Shown: piece after piece, positions 10,833 to 21,527 of the stretch
Position numbering within the stretch: the first letter of the stretch is position 1
How the letters are laid out: each line of letters begins with the position of its first letter
Assembly (NCBI GenBank): GCA_964552125.1
Contig: CAZKFJ010000003.1
Coordinates: 1 to 62,482, forward strand
Source of the DNA: an uncultured Nitrosopumilales archaeon
GTDB taxonomy: Archaea; Thermoproteota; Nitrososphaeria; Nitrososphaerales; UBA57
Direction: 5' to 3'
Length of the DNA: 62,482 nucleotides
Notes under the pieces: generated by a model
Seen by the model: only the letters and a program-made list of their open reading frames with translations
Databases searched by the model: none
What the model was told of the DNA's origin: nothing
Program-made: the position numbers and the translations under genes

Positions 10833-12395
10833 ATGTTTGAAATTAAATCGACTGAATTAGCGGCAAGAATCGGTAAATTATATACAAAAAACGGGAATAT
10901 GGAGACTCCTGCACTTTTACCGGTATTACATCCTGTAAATCAGTTAATCGATACCAGTGTCATAAAAAGAATGGGATTTGAAGCCATAATGACAAATTCA
11001 TACATCACATGGCAAAGATATGGCGATGAAGCTGTAGACAAAAATATTCATAAAATTGTTGATTTTGAAGGCCCCATTATGACTGATTCGGGAGGTTATC
11101 AAGTATTAGAATACGGGAAAGTAGATGTTGGTGAAATAGAAATAGCTAGGTTCCAAGAGAATATTGATTCAGATTTCTGCAACATATTAGACAAGCCCAC
11201 CAGTTTAGCAGATAATTGGGAAACAGCTAGAAATAGTGTAACACAAACATTAGAAGCATGTGAAATCACTCTCAAGGACATAGAACATAAATCAATTTGG
11301 ATGGCTCCAATTCAAGGGGGGAAATTCCTAGATTTGGTTGAGTTTTCGTCTAAACAATTATCAAAGATGAATTTTGACATGTTTGCTTTAGGAAGTCCCA
11401 CAGAAATTATGGAAAATTATGATTATACACTTTTGGCAAAGATGATAATAACTGCAAAGAAAAACATACCTTCTGAGAAAGCTCTTCACCTGTTTGGACT
11501 AGGTCACCCTCTTCCATTGTCAATGGCAGTTGCTCTTGGTTGTGATACATTTGATTCTGCGTCCTACATACTTTATGCAAAACATGGTCGGTATTTTACT
11601 GAAAATGGAACACGAAACATAGATGAATTAGAATATCTTCCGTGCATTTGTGAAACATGTAATAAATATTCGGTAAGAGAGATGAGAAAGTTAGAACACA
11701 AGGAGAGAATCAGTGCCATTGGAACTCATAACTTGTGGCTATTATGGAAGGAAATAGTTTCGACCAGGCAAGCAATAAGAGAGGGAAGGTTATGGGAATA
11801 TGTAGGAATTCGTGCCAGATCTCATCCGAAAATGTGGGATGCATTTGTATATATTTCGAATAATATGGATGAGATATCAGAATTTCAAAAGAGGTTTAAA
11901 TCAAAAGGCATGTTTCTTGCATCTTTTCCCGATAATAGAAGGCCGGAATTAAGAAATTATCAAAAGAAGTTAGCAGATGTTTTTAGGAGATTTGAGAACC
12001 GCAAAATAATAATTATTCCAGTAACAAAAAACAAACCACTGCTTTATAATAATAAATTAAAAAATATAATAGAAAACAGTAAAAGCGATTATATAATTGG
12101 ATATATAATTCCGCCAATTGGATTTGTACCTTATCAAATAACAGATATTTATCCAATTTCCCACATGGAAAGTTCGTATGAAATAAAGAAAGACAAGATA
12201 GTGATTGATGAATTGATTACGACACTAGAAGAACAGTTTAGTATATTGAATCCAAAAGAAGTCATATACATGAAAGACAACAAACTCAATCAAAGAGTTG
12301 TAGATTTTATTGTAAGAGAAGTGAAGCCTAAAAGAATCATAGAGGGCGAATTAGATTTCATATATACAGAATTGGAAGAGATATTAAACAACTAA
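10833..12395 (+). CDS. tgtA: Archaeosine tRNA-guanine transglycosylase (ArcTGT)
   Basis: 520 aa. The TGT N-terminus (ARIGKLYTKNGNMETPALLPV, TDSGGYQ) and the zinc site CICETCNKY...H are present. Confidence 0.88.
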   Translation: MFEIKSTELAARIGKLYTKNGNMETPALLPVLHPVNQLIDTSVIKRMGFEAIMTNSYITWQRYGDEAVDKNIHKIVDFEGPIMTDSGGYQVLEYGKVDVGEIEIARFQENIDSDFCNILDKPTSLADNWETARNSVTQTLEACEITLKDIEHKSIWMAPIQGGKFLDLVEFSSKQLSKMNFDMFALGSPTEIMENYDYTLLAKMIITAKKNIPSEKALHLFGLGHPLPLSMAVALGCDTFDSASYILYAKHGRYFTENGTRNIDELEYLPCICETCNKYSVREMRKLEHKERISAIGTHNLWLLWKEIVSTRQAIREGRLWEYVGIRARSHPKMWDAFVYISNNMDEISEFQKRFKSKGMFLASFPDNRRPELRNYQKKLADVFRRFENRKIIIIPVTKNKPLLYNNKLKNIIENSKSDYIIGYIIPPIGFVPYQITDIYPISHMESSYEIKKDKIVIDELITTLEEQFSILNPKEVIYMKDNKLNQRVVDFIVREVKPKRIIEGELDFIYTELEEILNN

Positions 12396-13096
12396 GAATA
12401 GATATTAGACGGACCAGATTTATTATTGTCTACTAACTCAGGTTGATCGTTTTCAAGTTCAAGAGCTTGTTCTATAAGGGTATCAACTTCGACTTCTAAA
12501 TTAAAAATATTTGAAAGAATTTTTACAGCCTCAGATGCAGCGCGTGGATCTAAACGAATAGAAGTGGCAAAAGGTAACAATCCAAGAGTAGGGAAATTAC
12601 GAACCTCCATGAAATTAAGCATTTGAGCAACAGGGCCTATGATAATCCTTTCGTCCTCGAGAGGAGTAGAATCAGACAAAGATTTGGGAAGTTTGTAGGA
12701 AGAGGTTTTAACATATCGAAAATTCGAATCGTCTTTTTTGAGTTGAGCGTCAAGACCACCCAATAATATCAATTCTTTGAAATTCTTTTCTAGAATTATT
12801 TCGCATACATTACGAAGGAAAACAAGTTCATTACCTTGTAGTGGAGGAACTGCAACACGAAGAAATGCAACATTATCTTTTTTGTATATTTCAAATGGAG
12901 TTATAATCTTGCCCGAATTAATAGAAGAAATAGGAGACAAATAATCGGTTTCAAATACTCCAATACGTTTAGGTTTAAGAGTATTAATAAGATGGTTTAG
13001 AGCTAAGAATCCAGTAGATCCTATTCCGTGAAAGCCAGTAACCAATGACAAGCCATTTACATCTAGGTCTTCAGGTAACAATTTTGCAGAAATCAT
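12392..13096 (-). CDS. PAC2-family (proteasome assembly chaperone-like) protein
   Basis: 234 aa. N-terminal VTGFHGIGSTGFLALNHL resembles the COG1938/PAC2 family. Confidence 0.6.
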   Translation of the reverse strand: MISAKLLPEDLDVNGLSLVTGFHGIGSTGFLALNHLINTLKPKRIGVFETDYLSPISSINSGKIITPFEIYKKDNVAFLRVAVPPLQGNELVFLRNVCEIILEKNFKELILLGGLDAQLKKDDSNFRYVKTSSYKLPKSLSDSTPLEDERIIIGPVAQMLNFMEVRNFPTLGLLPFATSIRLDPRAASEAVKILSNIFNLEVEVDTLIEQALELENDQPELVDNNKSGPSNIYS

Positions 13097-13144
13097 TAAT
13101 GTTTATAGATGGATAGATGACTAAAATATCTTACTGATAATTAA

Positions 13145-14413
13145 ATGAAACTAACTACATTAGGTGCTTCGAGAGAAGTAGGTCGCTCTGCATTTTTGTT
13201 AGAAATCGATAATAAAAAACTAATACTGGATTATGGAGTACAGATAAGAGAGCCAATGAAATGGCCATTACATGTAAATCCAAAAGAAGTGGATGGAATA
13301 ATATTAAGTCATGCACATTTGGACCATAGTGGAGGAGTTCCGTCGTTTTATGTGTCAAATGAGATTAAGACTTATTGTACAAAACCAACTGCTCAAATCA
13401 GCAATCTTCTAATAGATGATTTTATCAATTTATCAAATGATGTTAGAAAGCAATATTTGCCTTATCAACATCAAGAATTGGAAAGAATGCAAGAGAATGT
13501 TGTAGAGATAGGCATGAACTCAGAATTCAACATAGGAGATGTAAAAATTAATTTCATAAATGCAGGTCATATGCCAGGAAGTGTAAGCATAATAATCGAA
13601 GGAGAAGGAAAAAGAGTAGTGTATACAGGAGATATAAATTCATCTGATCAGAATTTGGTCAAGGGCGCCGATACGAAATATGGAGAAGTGGATTTACTCA
13701 TAACTGAAGCAACATATGGGGTAAATGACCATCCAGACAGAGAAGAAGTAGAAGAAGAATTTGTAAGCTTTGCAAAGGACATTACGGAAAGAGGAGGAAC
13801 ATTATTAGTTCCTGCATTTGCAGTAGGTAGATCTCAAGAGATTGCATGTGTACTTGAGTCACATAATTTCTCATTACCTGTAGCAATGGATGGCATGGCA
13901 TTGAAAACAAATCAGATTTTATTAGAGAATTTAGAATTCCTAGGAGACTCGAGTTTATTCAAAAGCATGATAAATGGTTTGACGGAGGCGAAGAATTGGA
14001 AACAAAGAAAAGAATTAATGAATACGCCTGGAGTTATAATTGTTCCAGCTGGAATGATGGTAGGAGGTCTTTCATCTTACTACAAAGGAAACATCGCGAT
14101 GAATGAAAAGAATGCCATTTCATTAGTTTCGTATCAAGCAGAGGGTACTCCTGGAAGAACATTATTAGAAAAGAAAATGATAAGAGTGAATGGCAAATTA
14201 AAAAAGATAAAGGGAAAATTTGAACATTTTAATTTTTCATCCCATAGTGGAAGTAAACAATTATTCGAAATGATCGATGGAATTAAAGGAAGTCCAACAA
14301 TTGTAGCAGTGCATGCAGAAGAAGAACAAGCAACTAGTTTTGCAAAAAAAGTACAGAAAGATTATGGTTATGACGCAATAGCTCCAGAATTAGGAGATAA
14401 AATAATAATTTAA
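13145..14413 (+). CDS. Beta-CASP metallo-beta-lactamase ribonuclease (aCPSF2-like)
   Basis: 422 aa with the MBL motif SHAHLDHSGG followed by a beta-CASP-like body. Confidence 0.75.
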   Translation: MKLTTLGASREVGRSAFLLEIDNKKLILDYGVQIREPMKWPLHVNPKEVDGIILSHAHLDHSGGVPSFYVSNEIKTYCTKPTAQISNLLIDDFINLSNDVRKQYLPYQHQELERMQENVVEIGMNSEFNIGDVKINFINAGHMPGSVSIIIEGEGKRVVYTGDINSSDQNLVKGADTKYGEVDLLITEATYGVNDHPDREEVEEEFVSFAKDITERGGTLLVPAFAVGRSQEIACVLESHNFSLPVAMDGMALKTNQILLENLEFLGDSSLFKSMINGLTEAKNWKQRKELMNTPGVIIVPAGMMVGGLSSYYKGNIAMNEKNAISLVSYQAEGTPGRTLLEKKMIRVNGKLKKIKGKFEHFNFSSHSGSKQLFEMIDGIKGSPTIVAVHAEEEQATSFAKKVQKDYGYDAIAPELGDKIII

Positions 14414-14814
14414 TTTTCTGGATCGTCAGGTAACTCGGTTCCAAGATATTGATATGTGCCTATTTTAAGAACCTTCAAAGACAATAGAGCGCATTTTATT
14501 CTAGCAGGTCCCAATGAAGGAGTCCCTAGTTCTTCCAACAGTTCATCTTTGGTGAATTTAGATAATTCGTCGACTGTTTTGCCCACAAGCATATCGGTGA
14601 GTATAGATGCAGAAGATTGACTAATTGCACAGCCTTCGCCATCAAATTTTATGTCTGAAACAACGTTGTCCTCGAGTTTTATATCTATAGCAATCCTATC
14701 TCCACAGACAGGGTTATTGTCTTGTGCAGAAATTTCGGCACCATCAAGTTTACCTTTATTTCTCGGGTTTCGGTAGTGATCAAGAATAATTTCTTTGTAA
14801 ATATCTTCGCTCAT
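14410..14814 (-). CDS. sufU: SufU/IscU-type Fe-S cluster scaffold
   Basis: 134 aa. NPVCGD, GEGCAIS and RIKCALL provide the three conserved Cys of NifU-N/SufU proteins. Confidence 0.85.
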   Translation of the reverse strand: MSEDIYKEIILDHYRNPRNKGKLDGAEISAQDNNPVCGDRIAIDIKLEDNVVSDIKFDGEGCAISQSSASILTDMLVGKTVDELSKFTKDELLEELGTPSLGPARIKCALLSLKVLKIGTYQYLGTELPDDPEN

Positions 14815-16043
14815 TAAGTCAATACACTTCTTACTTTTTGTAAACCGTCGAATAATTTATCGATATCTGATTCATCGTTATACACATAAAAACTGGCCCT
14901 TGTAGTAGCTGGAACGCCTAATTTTTCCATAAGAGGCTGAGCGCAATGATGTCCTGCACGAACGGCTATAGATTCACCATCAAGAATTGATGCGATATCA
15001 TGAGGATGAAAATCAGAATATGAGAACGATATAACCCCGCCAGTGGAATTTTTGTTTTCAAAACCAAATATTTTGAATTCCTTCAAATCAGAAAATCGTT
15101 CAATAGCGTATGAATACAGTTCTTGTTCATGTTTATGGACATTAGACATACCAAGATTATTAAGATAGTCAACGGCTTTTCCTAAACCAATTGCTCCTAC
15201 AATATTTGGAGTTCCAGCTTCGAACTTCCAAGGTACATCATTCCATTGAGATTCAGTTAGACTGACATTTGAAATCATATCGCCTCCATAAAGAAAAGGT
15301 TCCATATTTTCAAGAATATCTTTCTTGGCATGAAGAACACCAATACCAGATGGTCCCAACATTTTATGTCCTGAAAAAACAAAGAAATCGCTATCTATAT
15401 TTTGAACATCAACAGACATATGTGGAACTGATTGGGCAGCGTCGACAAGAGTAGTAATTCCATAATCGTGTGCTTTAGAAATAATATCTTTAATCGGATT
15501 AATAGTTCCCAAAACATTTGATACATGAGTAAGAGAAAGGAATTTTGCATTATCTTTGAATAAGTCTTCAAGGTTGTCAAGGATTAACCCACCGTCAGGC
15601 TGAATTTTGATAAAATTAATCTTGAGTTTAAGTTTTTTAGCAATAATTTGCCAAGGTACAAGGTTACTATGATGTTCCATTTCAGTCAAGATTATCGAAT
15701 CGCCTTCTTTAAGATTGGCAGATATCCAAGCATTAGAGACCAGGTTTATAGCCTCAGTAGCATTACGTGTAAAAACAAGCTCACGTGGCGAATTAGCATT
15801 TATGAACTTTGCAATAGTATTACGAGCGTTTTCGTATAGTTCAGTCGCTTCTATACTGATAGAGTAAATTCCGCGATGAATATTTGAATTACAATTCTTA
15901 TAATAACTAGTAATTGAATCAATCACTTCGGTGGGTTTTTGAGTAGTGGCAGCACTATCAAGATAGACAAGATTCCTGCCATTAATTTGTCTTGAAAAGA
16001 TAGGAAAGTCCTTTTTTATATCGTGAAAATTAGACAAACCCAT
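14814..16043 (-). CDS. sufS: Cysteine desulfurase
   Basis: 409 aa. PLP-lysine motif SGHKMLGPSGIG and catalytic RAGHHCAQP. Confidence 0.92.
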   Translation of the reverse strand: MGLSNFHDIKKDFPIFSRQINGRNLVYLDSAATTQKPTEVIDSITSYYKNCNSNIHRGIYSISIEATELYENARNTIAKFINANSPRELVFTRNATEAINLVSNAWISANLKEGDSIILTEMEHHSNLVPWQIIAKKLKLKINFIKIQPDGGLILDNLEDLFKDNAKFLSLTHVSNVLGTINPIKDIISKAHDYGITTLVDAAQSVPHMSVDVQNIDSDFFVFSGHKMLGPSGIGVLHAKKDILENMEPFLYGGDMISNVSLTESQWNDVPWKFEAGTPNIVGAIGLGKAVDYLNNLGMSNVHKHEQELYSYAIERFSDLKEFKIFGFENKNSTGGVISFSYSDFHPHDIASILDGESIAVRAGHHCAQPLMEKLGVPATTRASFYVYNDESDIDKLFDGLQKVRSVLT

Positions 16044-16804
16044 TATAATGAATCACGAATCCAATCATAGCCTTTGTTTTCAAGTTCTTCAGCTAAAGAC
16101 ATTGAACCGGATTTGACAATTTTACCATCCATAAGTACATGAACGAATTCGGGTTTTACATATTTTAATATACGTTGATAATGAGTAATCAGAAGTATTC
16201 CAAGATCAGGGCCAGACATTTTATTGACTGCTTCGGAAACGATCTTTAATGCATCTATATCTAAGCCAGAATCAGTTTCGTCAAGAACGGCAAGTTTAGG
16301 TTGAAGGACCGCCATCTGAAGGATTTCGCTTTTCTTTTTTTCACCGCCAGAAAATCCTTCATTCAAGTAGCGTTTAACAAAGGATTCCTCTATACCGAGA
16401 ACTTCCATTTTCTCTCTAAGATATTTTCTAAAACCAATAATAGACAAAGGCTTACCATCGGGGGTTTTAGAAACGGAATTAAATGAGGATCTTAGGAAAT
16501 TAAAAACAGTAACGCCAGAAACTTCGTGTGGATATTGAAATGCCAAGAACAGGCCTTTTTTTGCCCTCTTATCTGGTGAAAGAGTGATTATGTCTTCTCC
16601 GTCAAGCAATATTTCTCCTTTTTCAACAACGTATTTTGGATGACCCATTAAAGTATTTGCCAATGTGCTTTTGCCTGATCCATTAGGACCCATTATAGCA
16701 TGATTCTCCCCTTTATTGACAGTAAGAGTTAGACCTTTGAGAATAGGTTTAGTCTCTACGGATACATGGAGGTTTTTAATTTCAAGAGTAGATTGCATAT
16801 TCAT
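16043..16804 (-). CDS. sufC: Fe-S cluster assembly ATPase SufC
   Basis: 253 aa. Walker A GPNGSGKST, ABC signature FSGGEKKK and Walker B LAVLDETDSGLD. Confidence 0.92.
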   Translation of the reverse strand: MNMQSTLEIKNLHVSVETKPILKGLTLTVNKGENHAIMGPNGSGKSTLANTLMGHPKYVVEKGEILLDGEDIITLSPDKRAKKGLFLAFQYPHEVSGVTVFNFLRSSFNSVSKTPDGKPLSIIGFRKYLREKMEVLGIEESFVKRYLNEGFSGGEKKKSEILQMAVLQPKLAVLDETDSGLDIDALKIVSEAVNKMSGPDLGILLITHYQRILKYVKPEFVHVLMDGKIVKSGSMSLAEELENKGYDWIRDSL

Positions 16805-16911
16805 TAACCTAAATTAAATCATATAAACATTATAACATGTGTTATTAATTTTCAATTGTGAAAATTTCAATCATTTAAATAATCATATAACGGCTTAATA
16901 ATTGGATAAAA

Positions 16912-17952
16912 TTGCAAGCGCAGTCAGACGTTTCAAATGCCGAAGAAATAGTAAAGAATGTAGGTAACACGCCGCTCGTCAGATTGAACAGATTATTTGA
17001 TTCAAAAGAAGTATATGCGAAGATTGAATGGTGTAACCCATCAGGTTCTGTAAAAGCAAGGCCTGCATCATGGATGTTAAATGAGGGGGAGAAAGAAGGA
17101 AACTTAGTAAGGGACAAGACTACAGTAATCGAACCAACGTCTGGAAATACAGGAGTGGCATTAAGTCATTTTGCAAAATCACTCGGTTATAAAATTGAAT
17201 TAGCAGTTCCAGAAAGAATGAGTGATGAAACAAAGGATATTCTAAGAACAAACGGTGCAAAACTTTTGGAAACAGAAGATGACTTATGTCCAAGAGTTGG
17301 ACCAGGAACAGATCAAGCAATAGCTTTGGCTTCAGCTTTAATAAAAAACCATCCAGGAGAGTATTATTCTCCTGATCAATATAACAATGACGCGAATTTT
17401 AGATCACATTATTATGGAACTGGTCCAGAAATCTGGAAAGCGACAGACGGAAAAGTAGGAGCGTTTATAACAGGAATTGGAACAGGTGGAACAATAACAG
17501 GAGTAGGGACATATCTAAAAGAAAAGAATCCAAATGTCAAAATAATTGCTGCAGAGCCACAAAAGAATCACAATATACAAGGTCTAAGAAACTTAGAAGA
17601 ATCAGAGAAACCAGAATTACTAAAAAGAAGGATGAAAGTGATTGATGAAAAGATAACAGTAACGGACAAAGAATCCTTCGAGATGATAAAACAATTAGCA
17701 GTGACAGAGAATTTATTCGCAGGGCCTTCAACAGGATCGGTTTTAGCAGCATTAGGCAAAACTATAGGAGAACTAGATGGAAAAATAGTATTGTTATTTG
17801 GAGATAACGCAGCAAAATACAAGAGCATATATAGTAAATTTGGAGTATATTCTGAAGAAGAATTTGAGAAGAAATTAAAGGAATCGAATAACAATTGCTT
17901 TACTTGTACATATTCGAACAATAACCCAGAAGATCTATGTAAATTAAGTTAA
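16912..17952 (+). CDS. PLP-dependent cysteine synthase family protein (O-acetyl/O-phosphoserine sulfhydrylase-like)
   Basis: 346 aa with NPSGSVKARPA (PLP Lys), EPTSGNTG and GIGTGGTITG. Has a Cys-containing C-terminal tail. The subfamily cannot be resolved by eye. Confidence 0.8.
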   Translation: MQAQSDVSNAEEIVKNVGNTPLVRLNRLFDSKEVYAKIEWCNPSGSVKARPASWMLNEGEKEGNLVRDKTTVIEPTSGNTGVALSHFAKSLGYKIELAVPERMSDETKDILRTNGAKLLETEDDLCPRVGPGTDQAIALASALIKNHPGEYYSPDQYNNDANFRSHYYGTGPEIWKATDGKVGAFITGIGTGGTITGVGTYLKEKNPNVKIIAAEPQKNHNIQGLRNLEESEKPELLKRRMKVIDEKITVTDKESFEMIKQLAVTENLFAGPSTGSVLAALGKTIGELDGKIVLLFGDNAAKYKSIYSKFGVYSEEEFEKKLKESNNNCFTCTYSNNNPEDLCKLS

Positions 17953-18986
17953 AGTACAGATTTACCGTTAACTTTTACGCCTGAACCAGCGAATATTTCA
18001 CCTATAACGTCGCTCTTTATCTTGTAGTCATCAAGAATAGAAACAACGTTGTTGTGTTGAGATTTTGGGCAAATAACAACAAAACCATACCCCATGTTAA
18101 ATGTTCGATGCATTTCTTTGTCAGAGATATTACCAGTCCTTTGAATTAAATCGAAGATTAATGGAGGTTCAGGTAAATCTATAGAGAAGCCAACAGAACC
18201 TATTCGTGGCAATTTAGTAAAAGCCCCACCAGTTATATGAGCAAGTCCATGAATTGGTTTTATATTATTCAAAATATCCATAATAGCCTTGGAATAGATT
18301 ATGGTTGGTTCAAGCAAAACATCCCCTAAGCGTTTTGATTTGTATATTTTTTTACGAAGAGAATATTTTTCCAACAAGACCTTGCGAGCAAGTGTAGCCC
18401 CATTAGAATGAATACCAGAACTTCTTAGGCCAATAATGATGTCGCCAGATTTAATTTTTCTATTAAGCATGTTGGTCTTTTTGTTTATTATACCAATAGC
18501 AGATGCAGCAAGGTCAAATGCCTTGTTTCCATATCCCTCGATTACATCAGGCATGATTGCAGTTTCTCCGCCAATTATAGGAGTATCAGATAATTTCGAG
18601 CCTTTAACTAATCCTTTAGTTATCTCTTTTACTAAAACAGGGTTGTTCTTTTTCAAAGCAATGTAATCAACAAGAGATATCGGTTCAGCTCCGACACAGA
18701 TAAGATCGTTTACATTCATTGCTACACAATCAATTCCAACAGTATCAAATTTTGAATATTGTTGAGCAATTAGAACTTTAGTTCCAACTCCGTCAGTATG
18801 CAAAGCAAGATAATCATTATTTCGAAGTTTTATAACGCCTGCATAATGACCCGAACCAGTAATTACTTCGCCTATTCGGCCATTTCGAAGAGAGAGAGTG
18901 GAACCAAGTAATTTGGTGATTTCAGAATGACTGGATTTGATACTACGTATATCGACTCCCGCTTTTTTGTAGGACCAAGTAGTCAT
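17949..18986 (-). CDS. purM: Phosphoribosylformylglycinamidine cyclo-ligase (AIR synthetase)
   Basis: 345 aa. PurM N-terminus YKKAGVDI and the DGVGTK motif. Confidence 0.92.
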   Translation of the reverse strand: MTTWSYKKAGVDIRSIKSSHSEITKLLGSTLSLRNGRIGEVITGSGHYAGVIKLRNNDYLALHTDGVGTKVLIAQQYSKFDTVGIDCVAMNVNDLICVGAEPISLVDYIALKKNNPVLVKEITKGLVKGSKLSDTPIIGGETAIMPDVIEGYGNKAFDLAASAIGIINKKTNMLNRKIKSGDIIIGLRSSGIHSNGATLARKVLLEKYSLRKKIYKSKRLGDVLLEPTIIYSKAIMDILNNIKPIHGLAHITGGAFTKLPRIGSVGFSIDLPEPPLIFDLIQRTGNISDKEMHRTFNMGYGFVVICPKSQHNNVVSILDDYKIKSDVIGEIFAGSGVKVNGKSVL

Positions 18987-18992
18987 TTTCGA

Positions 18993-19850
18993 TTATTTTG
19001 AGAAGTTATCATAAGCGGTTGCATATCTTTCCTGGATCAAATCTACGAGATCTTGAGGGAGTACAGGTGGAGGAGGCAAATCAGATTTATTTTTTCGTGC
19101 ATTATCAAGTTGTTTCTTATAGCCAGAATCAATGAGCCAGTCACGGAGAATCTGTTTGTCGTAACTCTCTTGAGTTTTTCCAACTTCGTATTTAGCTAGA
19201 GACCATAGCCTGAATTCATCAGGGCCAATTGAATCGGCAAGAAGTATATTTCCTGATTCGTCCTTACCAAATTCAAGTTTCAAATCCGCAATCAAAAATC
19301 CAGACTTGGATGCCATATCAAGTATTTTTTTATAGATTTCAATGGAAGTGTTTTTGAGATAATTTAATTCATCTTCTGAAACAATTTTTTGAGAGATAAT
19401 TTCTGATTCAGTAATTGGTTCGTCTTTAATATCGGATTTTGTTGTTGGGTCAAAAATAGGTTCTGGTAATTGAGTAGCTAAAACATTATCGCAATCAATT
19501 TCTATTTCACCATTGTTAACTCGATCAAATAGACCACCATAAAGATAACCACGTACAATACATTCAACTGGAATCATATCTAGTTTTTTAACAATCATTT
19601 TTGTAGAATCAACTGTGTCGATTAAATGATGAGGTACATTAAGATTATCAAAAAAGAATTTTGCAAAATCACGCAAATTTTCTCCTTTCTTTGGAATGTC
19701 AGTTGGAATAACTACATCAAAGGCAGATATACGATCTGAAAAGTCAAACATTATAGTATCAGGATTAGAAGGAGATTCATAGGCAGTTTTTACTTTACCT
19801 TGTTTAATTAAAGAATAGTCAGAATCTGAAGTGCTCATTGTATTTTCCAA
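18993..19850 (-). CDS. purC: SAICAR synthetase
   Basis: 285 aa with a GKVK..Y start, DRISAFD and ADLKLEFG motifs. Confidence 0.9.
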   Translation of the reverse strand: MENTMSTSDSDYSLIKQGKVKTAYESPSNPDTIMFDFSDRISAFDVVIPTDIPKKGENLRDFAKFFFDNLNVPHHLIDTVDSTKMIVKKLDMIPVECIVRGYLYGGLFDRVNNGEIEIDCDNVLATQLPEPIFDPTTKSDIKDEPITESEIISQKIVSEDELNYLKNTSIEIYKKILDMASKSGFLIADLKLEFGKDESGNILLADSIGPDEFRLWSLAKYEVGKTQESYDKQILRDWLIDSGYKKQLDNARKNKSDLPPPPVLPQDLVDLIQERYATAYDNFSK

Positions 19851-20284
19851 CTTTTGCGATATTCGACGAGTTTGTTATGAAGTGTTTCGTCATTTAGGCA
19901 TAATATAGCAATTGCCAATAAAGCTGCATTTTTACCATTGTTGATTCCAACAGCAGCAACTGGAATACCAGGTGGCATTTGTGCAATAGAAAGTAAGGAA
20001 TCAATTCCTCCTAATGCGGCTTTAACGGGAACGCCTATAACAGGTTTAGTTGTGAGAGCAGATAAAACTCCAGGAAGATGTGCAGAAAGACCTGCAACAC
20101 CAATAAATATATCAGCGTCAGAATTTGACACATATTCTTGCAATTCGTCATGATTCCTATGTGCAGAAATTACACGAATCTCATGATCAACGCCAAACTC
20201 AGTAAATAGTTTGCCAATTGAATCAGTGATATTTGAATCAGATTTACTGCCAGAAATTACAGCTACTTTGTTACTCATTTTCAA
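19835..20284 (-). CDS. purE: PurE (N5-CAIR mutase / AIR carboxylase)
   Basis: 149 aa. VAVISGSKSD and GLSAHLPGV motifs. Confidence 0.9.
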   Translation of the reverse strand: MKMSNKVAVISGSKSDSNITDSIGKLFTEFGVDHEIRVISAHRNHDELQEYVSNSDADIFIGVAGLSAHLPGVLSALTTKPVIGVPVKAALGGIDSLLSIAQMPPGIPVAAVGINNGKNAALLAIAILCLNDETLHNKLVEYRKSWKIQ

Positions 20285-21521
20285 TTAAACCTATGTCCCT
20301 TCTATAATACATATCTTTCCATGTAATACCATTTATTAATTTATATGCTTCATCGCGAGCAATTGAAAGAGTAGAGCCTCTACCAAGAATATTTAAAACA
20401 CGACCGCCTTTAGAATATAATTTATCATTTTTCTTTTCGGTTCCTGCGTGTAATATATTGTAATTATTTTTAATTATTATTTCAGAACCAGTCATAGGTT
20501 TTTCAGGATAACCAGGAGAAGATACAACAACGCATATAGTTGAATCCGGATATAACTCGTAATCAGTAACTTTATTCAGTTCACCTCTGCTAGAAAGATA
20601 CAAAATTTCGAGTAAATCATTTTTAATACGAGGAAGGAGTACTTGACATTCTGGATCGCCAAAACGTACATTGTATTCTAAAATTTTTGGTCCATTTTCA
20701 GTAAGCATTAATCCAACATATAATACACCACGATAAGTGCACCCCTCCTTATTCATTGAATCAATAGTTTTTTGAGCAAGAGACAAAATTTCTTTTTCTA
20801 AATTTTCATCAACATATTCAACAGGGCTATAAGAACCCATTCCACCAGTATTTGGGCCTTTATTTCCTTCAAAAATTGGTTTATAATCCTGGGCAAATCC
20901 TAAAGGCAATACAGTATTTCCATCTGAAATAATAAAGAAACTAGTTTCTCTGCCTTCCAGAAATTCTTCTATGACAATAGAACTTCCTGCAGGACCAAAT
21001 TTATCATTAATTAACATGTCATTAATGGCATCTATAGCCTGAGATTTTTCATCGGCAATTATAACGCCTTTTCCTGCGGCTAAACCATTTGCTTTAACAA
21101 CAATAGGCATAGTTTTAGAGTCAAGATATGAAATTGCTGAATTGGCGTCGGAAAAGGTTTCATAATCAGCACTAGGAATTTCATATTTTTTACATAAATC
21201 TTTCATGAAGATTTTTGAGCCTTCGAGTTCAGCGGCCTTGGAATCAGGTCCGAAAACATAAATATTTTCGTTTTGAAGTATGTCCGTTATTCCATTTGTT
21301 AAGGGAGCCTCAGGACCAACAATTACAAAATCAATCGAATTTTCTTTACAGGTATTAAGAAGAAAATCATTATCCATTATGTCTCCAGGTATACAAGTTG
21401 CAAGATTCTCGATGCCCGGATTACCAGGTACGCAATAAAGTTCTTCTAATAGATTTGAATTAGAGATAGAAAGACAGATAGCATGTTCTCGTCCACCACC
21501 GCCAATAACTAATACGTTCAG
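20271..21521 (-). CDS. purD: Phosphoribosylamine--glycine ligase; true N-terminus lies upstream of the tracked Met
   Basis: The tracked ORF (Met at 21377) lacks the N-domain. The same frame upstream reads FILNVLVIGGGGREHAICLS...VPGNPG, the conserved PurD start. No ATG/GTG/TTG exists there. The CTG at 21521-21519 aligns with Met1 of bacterial PurD. Confidence 0.8.
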   Translation of the reverse strand: MNVLVIGGGGREHAICLSISNSNLLEELYCVPGNPGIENLATCIPGDIMDNDFLLNTCKENSIDFVIVGPEAPLTNGITDILQNENIYVFGPDSKAAELEGSKIFMKDLCKKYEIPSADYETFSDANSAISYLDSKTMPIVVKANGLAAGKGVIIADEKSQAIDAINDMLINDKFGPAGSSIVIEEFLEGRETSFFIISDGNTVLPLGFAQDYKPIFEGNKGPNTGGMGSYSPVEYVDENLEKEILSLAQKTIDSMNKEGCTYRGVLYVGLMLTENGPKILEYNVRFGDPECQVLLPRIKNDLLEILYLSSRGELNKVTDYELYPDSTICVVVSSPGYPEKPMTGSEIIIKNNYNILHAGTEKKNDKLYSKGGRVLNILGRGSTLSIARDEAYKLINGITWKDMYYRRDIGLIENE

Positions 21522-21527
21522 GATAAA

